From assembly GCA_010015585.1 (NCBI GenBank), contig ML975153.1: a stretch of DNA of 64,000 bases; one strand, given 5' to 3'. Under the pieces are notes generated by a model. That model had not been told where the DNA came from, did no database searches, and saw only the letters and a list, made by a program, of their open reading frames with translations. Position 1 is the stretch's first letter; each line of letters starts with the position of its first letter. The translations under genes and the position numbers were made by a program. This document shows positions 24,143 to 36,936 of the stretch, one piece after another. The stretch comes from Eremomyces bilateralis CBS 781.70. Its lineage: Eukaryota.

Positions 24143-25325
24143 ATGGCGCAGATTCGAGGCACCGCGGGCTACCAGCTCGGCAACCAAAACCCCTTCGGAG
24201 GCCCCGGTCGGGACGCCGCCACGAACGATCCCAGTCCGCTGGACGCGATCCGAGAGCAGACGAGCAAGATCGAGGACATACTCGATACGTTGGCAGAACC
24301 CATCCGACCGTACGTGAATGCCCTTCGCGAGGCGGTTGGGGGCGGTCGAACCGCTCCAGCAGCTCTGGCTCTAGAAGATGTGAGGTTCCCGAGCTGACGG
24401 TGTCTAGATATATGCCCGCCATCGGCCGCTTCCTCATCGTGGTAACGTTTCTGGAAGATGCACTGCGGATAATAACCCAATGGAACGACCAGCTCACATA
24501 TCTACGGGACTACCGACACAGTGAGCCCTCCCCCCTTCCGCATGATTCCACCTGTCCACCCCACTAACCCGTCCTTCCTAGTCCCCGTGGGCATCACCCA
24601 CATCTTCCTCATCGTCAACGTCATTGCCATGACCGCTTCCTCCCTCCTCGTCATCGTCCGTAAGCACTCCGAATACGCCGTCTGCGGCCTCCTCGGCGTC
24701 GTCGTCACACAAGCGCTTGGCTACGGCCTCATCTTCGACCTGAACTTCTTCCTGCGCAACCTGTCCGTCGTCGGCGGCCTGTTCATGGTGCTCTCCGACT
24801 CGTGGGTGCGCAAGAAGCTCGCCGGCGCCGGGCTGCCGCAGATGGACGAGAAGGATATGAAGATGTACGTGCAGCTGGTGGGGCGGGTACTGTTGATCTT
24901 CTTGTTCGTCGGGTTCGTGTTCGCGGGCGAGTGGTCGATTTGGCGGGTCATCGTGTCGGTTCTGGGGTTCGGGGCGTGCATCATGGTCGTGGTGGGGTTC
25001 AAGGCGAAGTTCAGTGCGATCATGTTGGTGGTCATTCTGAGCATCTTTAACTTGCTGGTGAACAATTTCTGGACGGTGAGATTCCCTCGATTTAATCTGT
25101 TGGTGAAACCATGCTGATCGATTCATCTAGCTCCATCCGCATCACCCACACAAGGACTTTGCCAAGTACGACTTCTTCCAGATCTTGTCGATTGTGTAAG
25201 TGCTCCCCCGAAGCTTTGGCTGGTGTTTTTGGGCACTACTAACGAGACATAGCGGCGGGCTGCTCCTCCTGATAAACATGGGTCCCGGAGACATCAGCAT
25301 CGACAACAAGAAGAAGATCTATTAA
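24143..25325 (+). CDS. ERV29: SURF4-family ER-to-Golgi cargo receptor
   Basis: IREQTSKIED.LD....PIRPY.PAIGRFLIVVTFLEDALRI, FFLRNLSVVGGL, KYDFFQILSIVGGLLLL.NMGPG, C-terminal KKKIY. Confidence 0.95.
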
Positions 25326-25970
25326 ACAGAGTAAAACCCAGATATGGTTACGCCCATCCGCTGTGGTCGTCTATGAATCATGATTCCGGACGCAGGCAGT
25401 TCAGTTGCCCGTGAGGGAGCTTTCCTGAAAGTCGGGGGGGATTAGCACAGCATGTCACCGATGACTGGAGATCACATGTATTGTAAGGTAGCTTTAAAAG
25501 TCATCATTCGTCGAGTCTAGGCTAGCTCTAGTGCCTGAAATCGATATTCTTTAAACGAATGGCTCGTTGCCAGGCCTACTTCTCGTGATCCCTATGGCTG
25601 AACATTGTTTGCAACGACGGCGGCATATCGAAGATAGTGTCGTAGACCCGTGCAAAGCCGAGGACTCAATTCTACTCAAGCCCCTGACCAGCGCAGCTGA
25701 GACACGAGGGAGATGAACGGATGCAACTACGAACAACGAAGCTATAACCCGTGAGTGGACCTGGACCCTGTAAATTAGTGGGACGATTTTCGATTTCGTC
25801 ATACATCATGTGACCTGCCAGCACTATCTCGAGTTCACGATGGTCGAAGCGATGACTTGCGAAGTTGCGATGAACACTGGTGGTGCAGCTGAAGTTTTGC
25901 TTGCAAGAGGATTGGGTAGACAACTCTGAAGCTACGCAACCAGATCGACACGAGATTTCTCCCTTCGAAA

Positions 25971-27005
25971 ATGGTGGCCACCGACACGGACGAACAAAAG
26001 GCGAAGAAGGTATACCATACCAAAGCCTCAGGAAATGCGCTCGCAACGGTCCAGCAGCGCTCGGAGGCGCACGAACTGAAATTATACGGCAGCTGTTTCT
26101 GGTAAATGGTGACGTTCCTGCACAAGTAAAGTCGGAGCGGAGACCGAGCGCTAAATGCTCCGGCAGCCCGTTCGTTCAGCGCGTGTGGATCTCCCTCGAG
26201 TTCAAGCAGGTGCCGTATCAGTACATCGAGATCGACCCATACAAGAAGCCGAAAGAGCTCGTCGATATCAATCCCCGAGGGCTGGTGCCGGCGCTGAAGC
26301 ACGGCGATTGGGGGTGCTATGAGAGCACGGTTTTGATGGAATATGTCGGTATCTCCCTGGCTGTCGCTGCCGTTCTCGGTTGACGGGCGGAATAGTTGGA
26401 GGATCTTCAGGCGGGAGAGTCGCTACTCCCAGCCGATCCACGGATTCGGGCGCACAGTCGTCTCTGGTCCGACCATGTAAGCCATTGCCCTAGTTGCACC
26501 GTCCCGACCGGCTTTCCCGTCGCTGAGCGCATCAAACACAGGCGAACCGCCATATCGTGCCTACCTTCTACCGCTACCTGCAGGAGCAAGACGCCGAAAA
26601 GCAACTCGAGCATGCCGTCGACCTGAAGAACCAAATCGCAAAACTGGTCACCGCAGCCGACCCCGCGGGGCCATTCTTCCTAGGCCCAACGCTGTCATTC
26701 GTCGACGCCCAAATCGCCCCGTGGGTCCTCCGCCTCTCGCGCGTGTTGAAACCGTACCGGGGCTGGCCTGACCCGGAATCCGGAGGTCGTTGGGAGACGT
26801 GGGTTAAGGCGATTGAGGCGGAACCGGCGGTCCAGGCGACTACTAGCAATGATGACCTGTATCTGGATAGTTATGAACGATATGCTGGTAAGTTTCATGG
26901 ACGGTGTGCGAGCGTGCAAGAGGTGCTGACATGGCGCGAATAGAAAACCGACCAAACACTTCGCAGGTTGCAAATGCGGTTAATTCCGGGAGAGGATTGC
27001 CATGA
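25971..27005 (+). CDS. Glutathione S-transferase
   Basis: Spliced LKLYGSCFCPFVQRVWISLE, INPRGLVPAL, YESTVLMEY, GPFFLG..LSFVD...APW, ENRPNTSQVANAVNSGRGLP*. Confidence 0.88.
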
Positions 27006-27491
27006 GACGAGCAACTGAGCAAAAAAAAGAAATGGAAGGCTTCATATCATGATATCACCGGCCGTATGACGGTTATCGTTTGCGAGGACTGATATCCATA
27101 TCCAAATTGAATAGTAGCCGGATCAATATTTTGATACTAAGACGACGGCCTCAAATAAATAGGAAATTGGAGATAACATCACGAGTCTTCAACTCCAACA
27201 TATACTCCTCTCACCGATGTACTACTTCAACAGAACAGACAAGAGATTTGATTCATGTTAGGTCTAGTGTAACTTGTAAGTGTAGCTGTGAGTTGTCGTC
27301 TCGTCTGAAGTAAGTCGTGTCCAAGCATGGACCCACTTAAATTTCCTGTGCATCGCGCCTCATCCCAGCATCGGATTTCTCTCGAATTCTACAGCCCAAG
27401 CATCACATACCCAGACTCACCAATATTGCATTCTTCGGCCGCAGTATTGATATCGATACCCTGACCAAGGTGTTATACCGTGCTTGGGGCA

Positions 27492-29023
27492 ATGGCAGAA
27501 GGGTCAACCGACTCTTCGGCCTCGGCGAAGATGGACCCAGCGTCGTCGAAACCTCAAGCTACCGCTGCGCAAGATGCAGTTCCGAAGGCGATACCGAAAC
27601 CTAGCGAAGGAAACCCGGCGTTCCGCATGATGGGTAAGTCACACATTGATAAGCCTATCCGAAGACGAAGTGTTTCGTTGTCTAAAAGGACGTCCGGACT
27701 CATTGGTATCTAGGTTTGCCTCGTTGGAGACCACGACTCCCATCTCGCAACTGGATGATTTTCCTCTCTACTGTTTCTGCATTCACTGGAGCGTGGTGGT
27801 ACGATCGACGCGAGATCAAACGCGCCCAGAAGAAATGGTGCGACGAGGTGGCCACCCTGGCTGAGCAACCGCTCCCGCCGAACCGTATGCCACGACGGAT
27901 CACCGTCGTCCTCGGCACGTTCCCTGGCGACGGCTTGCTGAACATGCGGGAGCACTTCCACGACTACGTCAAGCCGGTTCTCCTCGCTTCCGGGCTGGAT
28001 TGGGATGTGATCGAAGGAAGGAAAGAGGGGGAGATCCGGGCACAGGTGGCGGAGCGGATACGGGAGGCGCGGCAAAAGAACGGGGAGAAAGGCGCTTCGA
28101 GCGAGGAGCCGGTCGTGAACGCTCCGTTTGACCTGGAAGAGGCAAGGCGAGCTCAAGGGATATACATGGAAGGTTCGGAGCGGCGGGACGGACCCCTTCG
28201 TGGAGATTTGGTGATCGGGCGACATGCGTGGAAAGAATATATCCGGGGTCTGCATGAAGGATGGCTCGGTCCGCTCGATCCCCCTAAAGTGGAAGAACCG
28301 GCGAAAGATGCAGAGCCGGCAGTTGTGCACGAGGCGAACCCGGCGGTGCCAGCCTCTCCGGTTTCATCGATGGCGGAAATCATGACGAAAGATGGAGCCA
28401 CGGAAGGAACCAATGCCGAGCCGCCAAAGGAGAGCGAGGAGAAGGAAAAGAAGGAGGAGGAGAAGAAGGAGGAGGAAAAGAAGAAGAAGAAGCGCCCACA
28501 ACCCGTGCCGTTTATCACTCCGTCCGAATATCCTGCGGCCGAACTCTCGCCTAATACCCCCAAAGAACTCGGTCCGTCCGCGGTGGTCACGTTCCCCCAT
28601 ATCATGGGATTCCTGAACAGCCCGCAACGACTCTACCGATTCTTAAACCGGCGATATCTAGCTGACGACACCGGACGCGAGGTGGCAGCGGTTGCATTTG
28701 GCCATTATCGACCGTACGCGCGCCACGACGAGTCACACGAGCCGTCGGAACTCGCCTCCGATTCGAATTCTCCCGCAGCCATGGGATCCCTCTCAGAAGC
28801 GTCCAGCTCGGAGCAGCTCCATCTCCTCCAGGATGAGGAGAAGAATTGGCACAAATCGTATCGCAAGCGCGGACTGAAGGAAGACGAAGTGCCGCCGGCG
28901 AAGGACGAGAAGGCGTCGGATGAGGAGGTGGAGGAGAAGCCGCATGAATACACCTGGACCAATGCGATCGTATTGGACCCGCGCATCGCTGATCGGATGC
29001 GGAAGTTTGTCTACGAGCGATAG
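27492..29023 (+). CDS. TIM54: Mitochondrial TIM22 complex subunit Tim54
   Basis: NPAFRMMG / LP....LPSRNWMIF, YDRRE, YVKPVL.ASGLDW...EGRKEG, GRH.WKEYIRGLHEGWLGPLDPP, GFLN.P.R.YRFLNRR. Confidence 0.92.
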
Positions 29024-29274
29024 AATAGGGGAAGGTTCATGGCATTGCGGGCGTTTTCGTGGGCACTCCCTATCGTTTCCTTGCTCACCATCGACGTTCG
29101 TGAAGGGGGCCTTGTATGTTTTGGAATTGGGTATGTAATCTAGCATGGGATCATGGAGGGAAAAATTCTGCACATATCCGTATGGGGGGCTGGGAATCAC
29201 CTGTACAATACCTCCTCTCTAGTCGACCCGCTGCGGTTGGATCCGGGAAGCCAGCCCGTCCAACGGTGTCAATG

Positions 29275-30294
29275 TTAACAATCACTGTACAATTGCTTGA
29301 GAACCGCGTCTACTGCTTGAGCTACGGCGTCGCCCTTCTGCCACATGCCGTCGTGCGATTCCGTCACTTCCAACTCCAATAATCGGTTCCTTGGAGTCAC
29401 GCCAGGCGATTGCGCCGGATTCACAAGTTCAAATCCCCATCGACTCTGCAGCCACGCCCCCATCACCGATTTCTGCTCTTCCTCCACCAGCCCATCCTCC
29501 CCACTCCACACCAACACAATAACCCTCCCCCCTCCCTCCACCACCCATTCCTCCTCCCCAAACGCTCCATTCACCGGGCTCGCCGCCTCCCATGCGGCCC
29601 CATCCCCCCCAAAAGCCCCCGTCAAGAACTCGCCGTACACCGGCTGGGACGCATGATTCCGTGCCAGCAGCGGCAGATCATGCAGTCCGGAGAGCGACAC
29701 CACCGCGACCGGTCTCCGCAGCCGATCCGGGAATGCGAGGCCCGCGCGGAGCAGCGGGTCGCCGACGAGCTGGAAGGCTAAGGTCCCGCCGCACGAGTGG
29801 CCGACGAGGAGGTAGTCGTGGCCGGTGGGGTTGCCCACGCCGTAACGCTGGTTGAGTTTTAGCAGCGCTTGCATCACATCGTCAACGTGCGCGGGATGCG
29901 CCACCGGGCTGCCGCCAGAGGGGTCGGGAGCGCTGAGGCGGTAGTTGAGGCTTGCGAATCCGGCGATGTGAGATGAGGCGCGGGAAAAAGACGGGTGGTT
30001 TAATAGGAGGTGGAGAGTAGGAAGGAAATCTGCTGAGCTCTGGGTCGGGTCGCGCCATGCGCCTCCGTGAATGTAGCTTTGAGGGATTAGTGGGATCATG
30101 TGGAGGGCGGACTTGTCGACTGGATTGGATCATGGTCGGGCTTGACTTCTTACAACTCGGGAAAGGCGGATAGCGGACATGTGGGAAATCGGGACCTACA
30201 TTACCCAAACTGCTCCTTGTTTATTTAACTCCCTGCTCTGGACGAGGACATCGAGGGACTGCAGAGGGTCGGGTCCGTACGATATCCTCTCCAT
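29275..30294 (-). CDS. BNA7: Kynurenine formamidase (alpha/beta hydrolase)
   Basis: Exon 1 MERISYGPDPLQSLDV...VWVI, then YIHGGAWRDP, ASLNYRLS, GHSCGG nucleophile elbow, C-terminal HD..W. Confidence 0.82.
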
Positions 30295-30752
30295 CGGGGG
30301 ATTATCGCTGCCCATACAGGAACACTAGTATATACTGGAATTTGCTCTCCAATTCTCCGTGGCCAAAACCAAATATACCAGTACTCAGCGGTTAAACATG
30401 CGGGGTGTGGTTTAATACTGGAGATATAATTCAGTCCCTGAGAGGAAGGGAGGCGAATATAATTACGTGATTGGTTGAGAAATGTGAAAAGGAACAAGAT
30501 CTGATTGGTCCCGATCGAAAAAGTTGAGAAATATGATTGGCTGAAAATGGATAAACGGATTACACCACGTGACCAAAATATAGATAGAATCACGTGGAGT
30601 GGCGAAGCCGCCCGTGACCCGGCCATGTCATCTCCCTGACCAGCCCTACGTTCCCTACAAATGCCCTGCCTCTCCCCCCGCAATTCATCCATCTGCACCA
30701 CTCTACCCATTACCCAAACCCCATCTCTGGAATTGGGGGTTAAAACACCATC

Positions 30753-32138
30753 ATGGCTCCCTCCGTGGGAACCTTCCACCTCCTGGTGGCTAAAAATGCC
30801 AAATTACTCCGGTTCGTATCATCGATCCTCCCGTCCTGAGATCGTACTGACGCCCCCTCTAGGTTCGCATGGAAGCAGGCCGCCCAAGCCGTCCAAAACC
30901 ACGTCCCCATCGCCCGTGCCATCGAAACCGAACTCCAACCCATCGCAACCCGCATCGCCCCGCGGACCTCCGCCCAGCGCATCGCCTGGCTCAAGCAATC
31001 GGGCGCCCGCAGCTACGCGTCCGCCGCCCGGCACGGCGCCTCGCGCTCGTTCTCCACCTCCCAGCGGCATGCGGCCGGACTCAAATACGACCGCAGCAAA
31101 TACCCCACCTCCCGTATCCGCAGCGCTGTCGAGCGGTTCACGGGCCGCGCGCCGTTCGCGTCGACGATGCGGCCGAACCTCACGGGCGGGTCGCTCGGGC
31201 GGACGGCCGGAGGATACACGCTAGGCGCAGGGCGGGTCGGGGGCGCGAGGCATTTCTCACATGGCCCGGCGAGCCCGGCGGAGGTGGTGCGACATGTGTC
31301 GCAGGGGGTACGGGCGTTCATGCTTGAGGGGAAGCGGGCACAGTTCGATGGGGTGGATCCCGTAACTGGGAAGCATCGGTATAAGGAGGTGTCGGTGCTG
31401 GAGAACGACGTCTCACGCAAAATGAGCGCGTTCCAGCCATGTTCACCGGGGTCGTTCATCGACTTTCCCGTTAACCCGACCATCACTGCGCTGGCACCTC
31501 GCCACGCCTTTGAAGGCACCGGATTCACCCCCAAGTCAATGGACACCCTCAACACCGACGGGCTCCTAGACGTCTTGTCGATCGACTTCTCCCGCGCGCT
31601 GAAAGACCTCGCCATCGTCCTGACCGACCTGAAGCGCCTCGCCTCGCTCGGCGACCTCCCCATCTCTTACCACGGCACGATCGTCCGGGTGCATTTCCCG
31701 GGCTGCGATGCCGACACGGTCGAGCAGCTGTGCGACGAGTTGGGCATCCAACGCGGCATCGTCGGGCAGGATCGGGAGTTCCCCGCGTTCGCCGGGACGG
31801 AGATCGCGCTGCTCTTCCCGTTCGCGCCTAGTATCGTGTCGTCCGAGGCGGACGGCCACTCGCTGTACGAGCCGCGGAATCCGCCCGACAAGATCGACTA
31901 CGACTTCGAGCTGTTTCCGCGCGTGCGGTCCGTGATGTCGGCGGAATCGGAGGATGGGAATGGACCGCTCATGATTCCGTCGAGCAATCCATGGGTTTCA
32001 TCCCCGTCGGGGTATGAGAGCATTCGTACCAGCGACTTGGAGGACGGCGACGCTCGCGGCCCCCCTCGGTGCCATGATCCGCTGGAGTATCAAGGTCTCC
32101 AGGGGGTTTATCGGTTCATCGAGCAGTGCGAGGTCTAG
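30753..32138 (+). CDS. Conserved-looking fungal hypothetical protein, probably mitochondrial
   Basis: Exon MAPSVGTFHLLVAKNAKLLR, intron, Arg/Ala/Ser-rich leader, GRAPFAST.RPNLTGG, ARHFSH.PA.PAEVV..VSQ, L..LGDLPI, VRVHFPGCD. Confidence 0.75.
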
Positions 32139-32622
32139 CATCGCGGCACCGTTCGTTTTCCTTTCATAGTTATTGTCCTCTCAACTTAGCGGCTCCAAAT
32201 TGTAAATTAAATGACTCAAGACCATTCCATGTTTGCAGGTATCCGGCAATGTGATCCTTGTGGGCACAGAGGATGCCGGTGAAAGCCGCTCTGTGCATCT
32301 ACCACCAAATCAGAGTTCAGAGTAGAAGCCCCTGCTGAGGCCATTCACGTGGCCTGTTTATGGTAGAATGAGCTGCTGTAGTCGTTAAGAGCGTGATTGT
32401 GCGTTCGTTCCCAGTTTCACGCTCGGGTATTTGAGTATTTTGCAGGTCGATCGCGAATACGACCTGGCCACTCCAATATCTGGGTTTGCCATTAGATCCG
32501 AGTCATCCTGCAACCTGGAAACCGCGATGCCTTGAACTTATGCGGATTTTCGAGACCCGTCGCCACGCTCGGCAATTGACCGTCACGCTTCCGACCGCTC
32601 AGCGCCGATCCATCGAGCGGAC

Positions 32623-33249
32623 TCACGCCAGCGGATTCGCATGAACTGTAACATTCTTCACCGTCACCCGCTCCGCCGGCCTCCCCTTCCCATCAACCTT
32701 CACCTCCTCCAACCGATCCAGCGTCTCCCCCCCATCGATCACCCGCCCAAACACCGTATTCTTGCCATCCAAATGCGGCGCCGCCGCGAAGCAGACGAAG
32801 AACTGGCTACCGTTCGTGTTGGGGCCTTTGTTCGCCATGGAGACGATCCCCCGGGCGTTGTGGCGCAGGGCCGGGCGGATCTCGTCGGCAAAGAAGCCGG
32901 AGTCGGAGGGGTCGTGGGGGGCGGCGTGGATGCTGCGGGAGGACTTGGATTTGGGGTCGGTGGCGGGGGAGCCGGTTTGTGCGATGAAGGAGGGGATGAT
33001 GCGGTGGAACGGGGAGCCGTCGTAGGCGGATGAGGCGCAGAGAGCGAGGAAATTCTGGGGGAGGGTTAAGATGAGGAACTATATTCTTTCGGAGGACGGA
33101 CTGACCTCCGCTGTTTTCGGGACGCTGTCGCAGAAGACCTCGATCTTGAGATCGCCGATATCGGTGTGGAACTGGGCGATGTTAGAACTCGAGACATACA
33201 GGCGTCCGCAATGGTTTTTTTTTTTTGGAAAACGTACCGTGACAGACAT
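32623..33249 (-). CDS. Cyclophilin, PPIL3/Cyp10 type
   Basis: MSVT / HTDIGDLKIEVFCDSVPKTAE / NFLALCAS..YDGSPFHR.I..FIAQTG, SMANKGPNTNGSQFF, HLDGKNTVFGRVI, VTVHANPLA*. Confidence 0.92.
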
Positions 33250-34445
33250 GATATCTTATAATGGGGTGGCCTGCTCAAGCGGGCAAGGCGGTTGTTGAGT
33301 GTAGCTAGATTGCACCCGGCGTTTGGCAGGAGTTTCCTTGGAGGACTAGGGACTCAAGAAAGCAACCAGATTAATAGCGGTATGTATGATTGGAATGGAA
33401 TTGGAATTAAATCGGAATAAAACTAAAGGCTCGAATATTTATCAAGTTGTATTGGAGATGTGGATGTGAATATTAATTATTGATTATCTGATTATCGTGG
33501 TGGTGCTTTGATGATAATTCACAATACGGTAATTACCCCAAGGAAATAACTGCGGGGCCCAATCGCTGGTAGTTTCACTTAGTAAGGTATAAAGGTACCC
33601 CATACGGGCCATAATTATCATCGACTTCAGTCTTTACCTACTAAGGCCATATGTTACGATAGGAAGGACTTAGAATCTTAAATATTGTTGAGTGGGCATC
33701 ATCGGATTGGAGCTTGGGGATTGGATCGGAGTTCCGACAGTCTCACTCTCTGCTGTCTCTCGTGTGTGTCATTGAGTGAGTGTCTCTCTCCCCAGCAGGC
33801 CAGCACATATCGTAATCTCGTAGGGTCGTCATACGCCGTGCCGCTACACCTCTCTAGACTCTAGCCCCATCGGCTCCTCCGCTCTCTCACCACTTCACTT
33901 CCGGTCAATCACTACTCAATCGTTCACTAGGGGAGTACAGGTACATCTCTACTTGCTACTATTCATCTTGTCCGACCCTCCTTTCTTGCATCGGTACTTG
34001 TAGACCGCCTATCTCGGTCGCTGTACATCCCCATCGCTCGGTCCAGGCTCTCCCATTCGGCCTCACCTCACCTATCACCTCGTTTTCCCTGGTCCTCCGG
34101 CCGTACTGCACACCTGAAGATTCCGCAATCAGGACCCCCCTTGACAGTTGCCAGCAGCCCAGCACGAGTTCAGCCCTGCGAAATCCACACCCCCTTCGTC
34201 CCCACTTCGCAATCCATCACACGGATTATTCACATCTCGAACGACGAACCGCTCTTGTGTTTACTGATTCCTGTATGATCACCCATCTTCTCCCCACCTA
34301 CCCTTCCTTTCCGCACCATCGTTTTCGAACCCTCGTGCTGCTCTCCCTCGAATCCGCTTCGATTGGCGGCGTTTAACCTTCCCATGCCGCGGAGCGGCCG
34401 TGTCCTTCGCCCGCTGGCCACGCCGTATCGCCGGGTGTCGAGACG

Positions 34446-35777
34446 ATGGCGGCGTTTGTGCGGATATCCGGTCCGCCCAATAGCAACTTCCTCGTGGGCT
34501 ACCCGGGCATATCGGCGACGCTGGTAAGTCACTCCGCCCTTTCCACTCGCGCGGTCCGGTCCGCACCGTTGCGCGCATCGCTGACCGTGTGCTCTCCTAT
34601 CTAGCCGCGAATAGAAGGAAAAGTCGAGATCCGCCCCGGCGTCGGGGTGTCCGCCCCCGTGCAGGTGTCCCTCGTCACCATCGCGCTCATGCGGAAGGAA
34701 ACCATCCACCCGTCCGCCGACTCCATCACGAAAAAGCGGCTGGCGGCTCCGCGTAAGGAGATCACGGACCTGGTCGGCAAGGAGCGGTTGCTGTATCGCT
34801 GCCCCACCGGCAAGGAGTTCGAGAACGTCATGGCCATGGACCTGCCGTTCGTTATTTTTATCCCGTACGGGCGAGGGGGGGAGGAGGTCAGTCGCCGAGT
34901 ACCCCCGGCGAGCCTGCAGTTGGCGAGTCGGACCGCCGAAACATATTACGAGCTCGTCGTCACGGTGCAGCAAGGGGCGCAGGACCAGAAGAAGCACACG
35001 ACGCCCGTCCCTATATTACGATACGATACACTGTCAACATTCGGCATGTACAATCGCCCCGAATCCGCGGAGCGGGTGACGGACCATCTGGTCACGTTGG
35101 GCATCTCATTACCACGGTGGTCCTACGGCCCGCTGGATCCGATCAGCGTGTACATCAAACTGAGCCCGAACCGGGACTGGATGAACAAAGCGAAGAAGGT
35201 CACCATCCAAAAGATCACCATCGGTATCGACGAGGAGGTCGTCTACAACCACGAGGGCGACGAACCGACCATCAAAACCAAATCCATCGCCCGCACCAGC
35301 CAAGCCGTCAACGTCAAGATGCCCGAAGCCGGCTACTTCACCAACCTCGGCCTCGTCTTCCCCGCCAAGGACCTTCGCGACAGCGACGGGATAATACCGC
35401 GCGGGAAGAAGGAATTCCCGCTGTACCCCGTCAGCGGGTTTACCACCATCGGCACGCTCTACAAGATCCAATACTTCCTCACCGTCAAAGTAAGTCAAGT
35501 CCCCCCAGTCCACCGTTTGATCTAATATGATCAGGCCCACATGTCCTCCGCCCGCGACATCCTCCTCCGCCAACCTATCGTCGTCTGCCCCTTCGACCAC
35601 ACCAGCTGCAAAGAGGAGATGGAGGCCATCGAGCAGGCGGCGCGCGACGCTGCGCACGTCAGCCCCGATAACCCCATGCTCCCGGCGTCGAGCGTCATCA
35701 AGGCCAACGATTCGAACGGGCTGCAGGCGCTGGGGATGACGATGGTGGGCGGGCTGCGGAAGCCGCTGATCGAGTAG
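34446..35777 (+). CDS. Arrestin-fold protein (fungal Art1/Spo23-like)
   Basis: MAAFVRISGPPN..FLVGYPGISAT / PRIEGKVEIRP, MDLPFVIFIP, ETYYELVV, RYDTLSTFG; three exons. Confidence 0.7.
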
Positions 35778-36382
35778 GGGAGTAGACCACTGAGTCTAGG
35801 AGAAGGTACTTAGTCGCGCGGACGGATTCTTGCCAGGAGTACTGGGCTGGGACGTGCGAACGCCCACATTTCCTTGCCGATGGAACGGGATATCAGACCG
35901 GAGTTATATTGTCCTTTCCCACAGCCAGGACGACGAAGGAATTCCGGAACCACGCTTAGGAGTTTTTGAGAGCATCGCGTTGGCGTTTTTTGGAGATGGG
36001 AGGGAAGGCCAGGGGGATATGGATCTGTGGCGCGCGGCTCGTTCCGCTTTGGACAAAGCGTGGTGAATACCGGAAACGTTGGGGGGGGGACCGAGAACTC
36101 GGTTTTTTTAGGCACCGCCGATTACGGAGGCGCGTAACTGCGTGATTCAGAAATTCACGTGGAGGTACATCGCATCCGGGGGGTGGCAATGGTGGAGAGT
36201 TAGGTATTTGTGAATCTAAGGTCTCGAGATATGATGGACTGTTTTCGCTTGGTTGTTGAATCCTGAACTGTTGGGCCATTGAGGATTCCCGGAAGAGATA
36301 AAAACGGCTTCAGGTCGGTCTACGCCATGAACAACGAAGGAATTAGAGTCGATATAATTTTTCTGGGGGAGGGGAAATCCAG

Positions 36383-36635
36383 TCACCTTGATCGAAACGC
36401 CAGCTGAAACGTGCGCGGTTGCGCGGTCCCATCATGTTCCTGCGGTTGCCCTTTCCCAAGGAGCCGAGCGATTGACGCGTCGACCATCTCTTTCAGGGCG
36501 ATGTATTGCGCGCTGGACTCGCCAAAGGTCGAGGCGGCGTTGCGGAGGTTGGTGCGGAGCTGGAGGGGATTAGCTGCGTTGAGGGGGCGAGAAGGGTTGA
36601 CGGACGATTTGGATGGTGTCGTCTGGTTCGGACAT
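36383..36635 (-). CDS. Small hypothetical protein, 68 aa, two exons
   Basis: ACAATG start, exon 36635-36606, 46-nt intron GTCCGT..GCTAAT..CAG, exon 36559-36383. Confidence 0.55.
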
Positions 36636-36936
36636 TGTGGGATTGAGATGGGGGGATTGGAGAGTGTAGGGTAATGTGTAACTCGGGGTTTAATCAACAT
36701 AAGAGAAAGTTCCGTTGAGATCAAGTGAATTTTTGGTTTCCATCATACGTATGCAGCTTTTATGAAGTTGTACGCAAGTAATACACGTTTGATCACTACT
36801 AACTAGCTATAGATTCCCAACTTAGATCTCATTTGCAAGGATCCGCAACTACGCCAATATCGCCGTCGCCAACGACCATGACCGTGGGGTATCACATAAA
36901 ACTCCTTTCCTACGCCCAATCCCAAGTCCTCTATCG

